Source of the DNA: an uncultured delta proteobacterium
Lineage (GTDB): Bacteria; Desulfobacterota; Binatia; Binatales; Binataceae
Direction: 5' to 3'
Assembly (NCBI GenBank): GCA_963724765.1
Contig: CAVRVY010000003.1
Location: 1,568,001-1,632,000, forward strand
DNA length: 64,000 bases
The first letter of the stretch is position 1. The number at the start of each line of letters is the position of its first letter. Under the pieces are notes generated by a model. That model searched no databases. It saw only the letters and a list, made by a program, of their open reading frames with translations, and was not told the origin of the DNA. The position numbers and the translations under genes were made by a program. This document shows, piece after piece, positions 60,360-64,000 of the stretch.

Positions 60360-62108
60360 ATGATCCATCCATTCGATCGTATCCTCCTGGTCGCGGCGGC
60401 AATCACCCTGATGATGCCGTCGCCGACGCGGGCCGCAGGATGCGTTCGCTACGCGCCGGGCAGCGCGGTCGTCGAGCCCGAAGATCTTTACAGCCAGAAC
60501 GGCGTATTGACCGTCGACCTCTCCTATCAGACGAGCACTGACGCCAACGGGAATCAGCTCTTCTGTTACGTGCTTCCCGACGGGAACCAGTCGCCAACGC
60601 TACACATAAATCCCGGTGATCGGCTGGTTCTGACGCTTACGAATGATACGCCTGAGCCGGCGCCATCAGACGCGATGAAAATGCAGATGCAGATGTCTTC
60701 CTCGCCCACTGATGCTTGCGGCGCTTCCACGATGGACACGTCGTCGACGAACGTGCACTTCCATGGCACGAATACGCCGCCGGTATGCCATCAGGACGAG
60801 GTCATCCACACGCTCATAAACTCCGGTCAGACGTTCACCTATGACGTGCAGTTTCCAGCCGACGAGCCCTCCGGTGAGTACTGGTATCATCCGCATGTCC
60901 ATGGCTTGAGCGAGATGGCCGTACTCGGCGGCGCCACGGGCGTAATCATTGTAGAGGGTATAGAAAACCTTCAGCCCAAGGTTTCCGGTCTTCCACAGCG
61001 GATTCTGGTCGTGCGCGATAGCGTCATTCCAGGCGACCCTGATCCGCCCGCTCCCGCCAAGGACCTTTCGCTGAATTACGTTCCGATTCCGTATCCCGAC
61101 TATCCGCCGGCGATCGTCACAATGAGTCCGGAGGGGCAGGAATTTTGGCGCGTCGCGAACACTTCGGCGGATACGGTGCTGGATCTCCAAGTCAAATACG
61201 ACGGCAGGGCACAGCCGCTCGAGATCGTTGCGCTGGATGGTGTTCCGATTGGCTCCCAGGACGGTTCGCGCCGCGGCAAGCTCATCACGAGCACAGCTAT
61301 CCTGGTGCCACCCGCCTCACGCGCTGAGTTTATCCTGAAGGGCCCCACTACCAAGGTGAAGCTCGCACAGTTCGTGACGCTCAACGTTGATACGGGCCCG
61401 CAGGGTGATAATGATCCGGCGCGGCCGTTGGCTACCATTCAGACCACCGAGGCTCCTGGCGCGCAGACAATCTCTGAGATGCCAGCGGTTTCTGGACCGC
61501 CAAGTCCTCAACGCTTCGAGGGCCTGGCGGAGGCTAAGCCTACTGCAACGCGGAAACTCTACTTCTCAGAAAATCAGACAAACTTTTTCATAACCGTCGA
61601 CGGTCAGACCCCGGTCGCATTCAGTCCTGACCTTCCGCCGGCAATCACAACTACCCAGGGGGCGGTCGAAGACTGGACCATTGAGAACCGCAGCGGTGAG
61701 GTTCACGAATTTCATATCCATCAAGAGCACTTCCTGCTGCTGCAGCGTAATGGAAAAGCCGTCCCTTCAGGTCAGCGCCAGTTTTTCGATACGGTCAATA
61801 TTCCCTACTGGAAAGGCAAAGGTCCCTACCCGAGCATAACGGTCAGGCTGGACTTCCGCGGACCGACGATCGGCGATTTCGTTTATCATTGCCACATCCT
61901 TGAGCACGAGGATGGCGGCATGATGGCGATCATCCGCGTGCTGCCGCAGGGCTCCAGCGCCGCGCTGAAGAAGCGCACTTTGGGGGCCGCTTACGCCGTT
62001 CAACCGACGACGCCTCAGGCGCCGACCAGGGCGACCGCGCCGGCGTGGCGCTCGAAAGTCCTGCTGTTGTCGCGGTCGGCAATTACGGAGATTGTACTTG
62101 GTCTTTAG
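60360..62108 (+). CDS. Secreted multicopper oxidase
   Basis: NVHFHG, YWYHPHVH, HEFHIHQ, YHCHILEHEDGGMM; signal peptide. Confidence 0.93.
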   Translation: MIHPFDRILLVAAAITLMMPSPTRAAGCVRYAPGSAVVEPEDLYSQNGVLTVDLSYQTSTDANGNQLFCYVLPDGNQSPTLHINPGDRLVLTLTNDTPEPAPSDAMKMQMQMSSSPTDACGASTMDTSSTNVHFHGTNTPPVCHQDEVIHTLINSGQTFTYDVQFPADEPSGEYWYHPHVHGLSEMAVLGGATGVIIVEGIENLQPKVSGLPQRILVVRDSVIPGDPDPPAPAKDLSLNYVPIPYPDYPPAIVTMSPEGQEFWRVANTSADTVLDLQVKYDGRAQPLEIVALDGVPIGSQDGSRRGKLITSTAILVPPASRAEFILKGPTTKVKLAQFVTLNVDTGPQGDNDPARPLATIQTTEAPGAQTISEMPAVSGPPSPQRFEGLAEAKPTATRKLYFSENQTNFFITVDGQTPVAFSPDLPPAITTTQGAVEDWTIENRSGEVHEFHIHQEHFLLLQRNGKAVPSGQRQFFDTVNIPYWKGKGPYPSITVRLDFRGPTIGDFVYHCHILEHEDGGMMAIIRVLPQGSSAALKKRTLGAAYAVQPTTPQAPTRATAPAWRSKVLLLSRSAITEIVLGL

Positions 62109-62196
62109 ATCTTCTCCTCGACTTAACTAGACGGAAAGCAGCTGAACTCTATCCAATGGCTATTCCGGCGATTGCAACCAATTAGGGAGTATAAAT

Positions 62197-62706
62197 ATGT
62201 TCGTGTTAACGCAAACAGGCGCGCGAGTACTTGCGGCGGCGACGCTGCTCTCCTCTATCGTTCTGGCCAGTCCTTTCGCCAAGGCCGCAGTCGCACCTGC
62301 GCCGGAGGTTCTAGCCCAGGCTTCTACATCGCCCGCAACTACGGAGACGGCCCCAGCGGGCGCGAAAGCTGATCCCGTCGAGATGCACATCAAAGAGTTG
62401 CACAACCGGCTTCACATCACGGCCGCTCAGCAGGCCCAATGGGATAGCCTCGTCCAGGTGATGCGAGACAACGCGAAAGCGATGACTGATTTGCAAAAGC
62501 AGAGAAGCAAAAATGCGAAGGAGATGACCGCTGTTGACGCGGTTAAATCCTACCAGGCGGTCATCGAAGCGCATGAGGCTGGAATGGCTAAATTCGTCCC
62601 GGCCTTTCAGGCGCTGTATGACAGCATGTCGGACGTCCAGAAGAAAACCGCGGACGCCATGTTCCGCACCAAAGTGCGTTCCGCAGCGGAGAAGGATAGC
62701 AAGTAA
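62197..62706 (+). CDS. Spy/CpxP (LTXXQ) family periplasmic chaperone
   Basis: Signal peptide; LHITAAQQAQW, LYDSMSDVQKKTAD; AGGGAG RBS. Confidence 0.82.
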   Translation: MFVLTQTGARVLAAATLLSSIVLASPFAKAAVAPAPEVLAQASTSPATTETAPAGAKADPVEMHIKELHNRLHITAAQQAQWDSLVQVMRDNAKAMTDLQKQRSKNAKEMTAVDAVKSYQAVIEAHEAGMAKFVPAFQALYDSMSDVQKKTADAMFRTKVRSAAEKDSK

Positions 62707-62778
62707 TCAAGAGGTCGGACACGGCGATAGTGCGAACTTCCCGGTTTGCGGCAGTCGCTCCAGGAGATTGAGGGCGTT

Positions 62779-63093
62779 ATGGAAAAGACCACACTAACCA
62801 AGATCAGTAAGATGATGATTGCGATCGGCTTCGGCGTTACAATTTTTGGTGCTGCGATGGGATCGGCTTTCGCCGGCGGCGGACATGACCGAGGCCACGC
62901 CGATAGGCATCACGAAGATCGCCATAGGGATCACGATAGAGGTCACGTTTACGTTGCTCCCGTGCCAAACTACTATTACGCGCCGCCGTCGAACTACTAC
63001 TACGCGCCGGAGCCGGAATACTATCCACCTTCGCCGGCTTATAGCGCGCCGCCGCCATCGGAAGGCGTAAACCTGTTCTTCGGCATGCGCTAG
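62779..63093 (+). CDS. Small secreted His/Arg/Asp- and Pro/Tyr-rich hypothetical protein
   Basis: Signal peptide ending SAFA; HDRGH repeats; YYYAPP repeats; C-terminal GVNLFF. Confidence 0.65.
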   Translation: MEKTTLTKISKMMIAIGFGVTIFGAAMGSAFAGGGHDRGHADRHHEDRHRDHDRGHVYVAPVPNYYYAPPSNYYYAPEPEYYPPSPAYSAPPPSEGVNLFFGMR

Positions 63094-63112
63094 AAAATGT
63101 TGGCTGAGTGGT

Positions 63113-64000
63113 TCACTCGGCTCTCACGTGTGCAGCCTTCGGGTCGTTCTTTTTGAGCATCATCGCGACCGGCACCATCACCAGGCAGATCACAGCAATC
63201 AGCCATGCCACGTCCATGTATGATTGCACGGTCGCCTGGGCGATGGTCGCGTCATATATGCGCAAAAGCGTCTGGCGCGCAGCCTGGGGCTGGCTCAGGC
63301 CGCGATGAAACAGTTGCGCGCCTAGCCCGTCCGTCAGCGTGCGAAAAGACTGCTGCGCGGGAGTCACGTGCGCGATGAGTTCGTCCTGATGAAACTGTGT
63401 GCGGCGCGCGACCATGGTTTCGACCAGCGAGATGCCTACGCTCCCGCCGACATTGCGCAGCAGATTGATGAACCCCGAAACTTCACCGCCTTTCTCCTCC
63501 GGAAAGCCGACGTAGGAAGCGGTGTTGATCGGGATGAAGAGCAGCGCGAGCCCGAGCGATTGCAACGCTCGATAGGTAGCCGCCGTGCGAAAATCAATCT
63601 GCAGGTCGAGGTTCATCGCTACGAAGTGAATCGCGTAAGCACTCGCGAGGCATCCGGCCACCGCCAGCCAACGCGCCTGTACTCGCGTGACCAGCTTTCC
63701 GACCGCCGGCATCAGCAGGATCATCACCGTTGCGCCAGGCGCGAGCGTCATCCCCGCGAGTTCGGCGTCGTAACCCATGAAGGCTTGCATGAACTGCGGA
63801 ATAAACACGGTCATCGCGTAGACCTGAACCCCGTAGACGAAGATCATCGCGGCGGCGGCGGCAAAGCTGCGGTTCTTGAACAGCCGAAGATCGAGCACTG
63901 GACGGCGCCGCGTCAGCTCCCAGATCACGAAACCCACCAGGCTCACGACGAAGCTGACCGCCAGAAACGAGATGAGGTGCGAAACGAACCAGTCATCTTC
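63113..64000 (-). CDS. DHA2 (EmrB/QacA) MFS efflux permease, 5'-partial
   Basis: WELTRRRPVLDLRLFKNRSF, NLLRNVGGSVGIS; frame open to the window end. Confidence 0.9.
   Translation of the reverse strand, partial: EDDWFVSHLISFLAVSFVVSLVGFVIWELTRRRPVLDLRLFKNRSFAAAAAMIFVYGVQVYAMTVFIPQFMQAFMGYDAELAGMTLAPGATVMILLMPAVGKLVTRVQARWLAVAGCLASAYAIHFVAMNLDLQIDFRTAATYRALQSLGLALLFIPINTASYVGFPEEKGGEVSGFINLLRNVGGSVGISLVETMVARRTQFHQDELIAHVTPAQQSFRTLTDGLGAQLFHRGLSQPQAARQTLLRIYDATIAQATVQSYMDVAWLIAVICLVMVPVAMMLKKNDPKAAHVRAE

Noticed and set aside
1-64000. CRISPR array, rRNA or intact tRNA
   Set aside because: No regularly spaced repeat-spacer series or recognisable RNA gene found by eye; tRNAscan-SE and Infernal were not run.

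Overview
High-GC bacterial DNA with no rRNA, tRNA or CRISPR array recognised. The gene content is reminiscent of soil Binatota/Deltaproteobacteria-like genomes, but that is only a guess. The left part (1-23 kb) holds a lactonase-like beta-propeller, a ResA/TlpA-like selenoprotein split by the ORF caller at an in-frame UGA (WASW-U-GC plus SECIS hairpin), an mdtABC RND pump, and flavin/Fe/Rieske catabolic enzymes, including a glutamine-synthetase-like/Rieske oxygenase pair. It also holds rluB-like, queC and a BMP lipoprotein gene. The right part (about 24-63 kb) is a partly decayed general-stress island: NtrC-like sigma-54 activator, ligD and ligC remnants, YdeP, PfpI, KatE, YghA-like SDR, DUF4142, a stressosome operon (RsbR-S-T, RsbT/X fusion, two histidine kinases), K+ channel, DUF3147 pair, GT4, DksA/TraR, AI-2E-B12 fusion, UdgX, DUF2252, AKR, two ferritin-like proteins, DUF72, multicopper oxidase and Spy. 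The main observation is twelve correctly oriented intergenic sigma-54 (-24/-12) motifs in front of these stress genes. This suggests a general stress response wired stressosome -> kinase -> NtrC-like activator -> sigma-54. One of the promoters precedes an unannotated 24-aa stand-alone SEC-C microprotein gene. Two IS elements interrupt island genes, and the IS1595 element carries a trypsin-like protease passenger.
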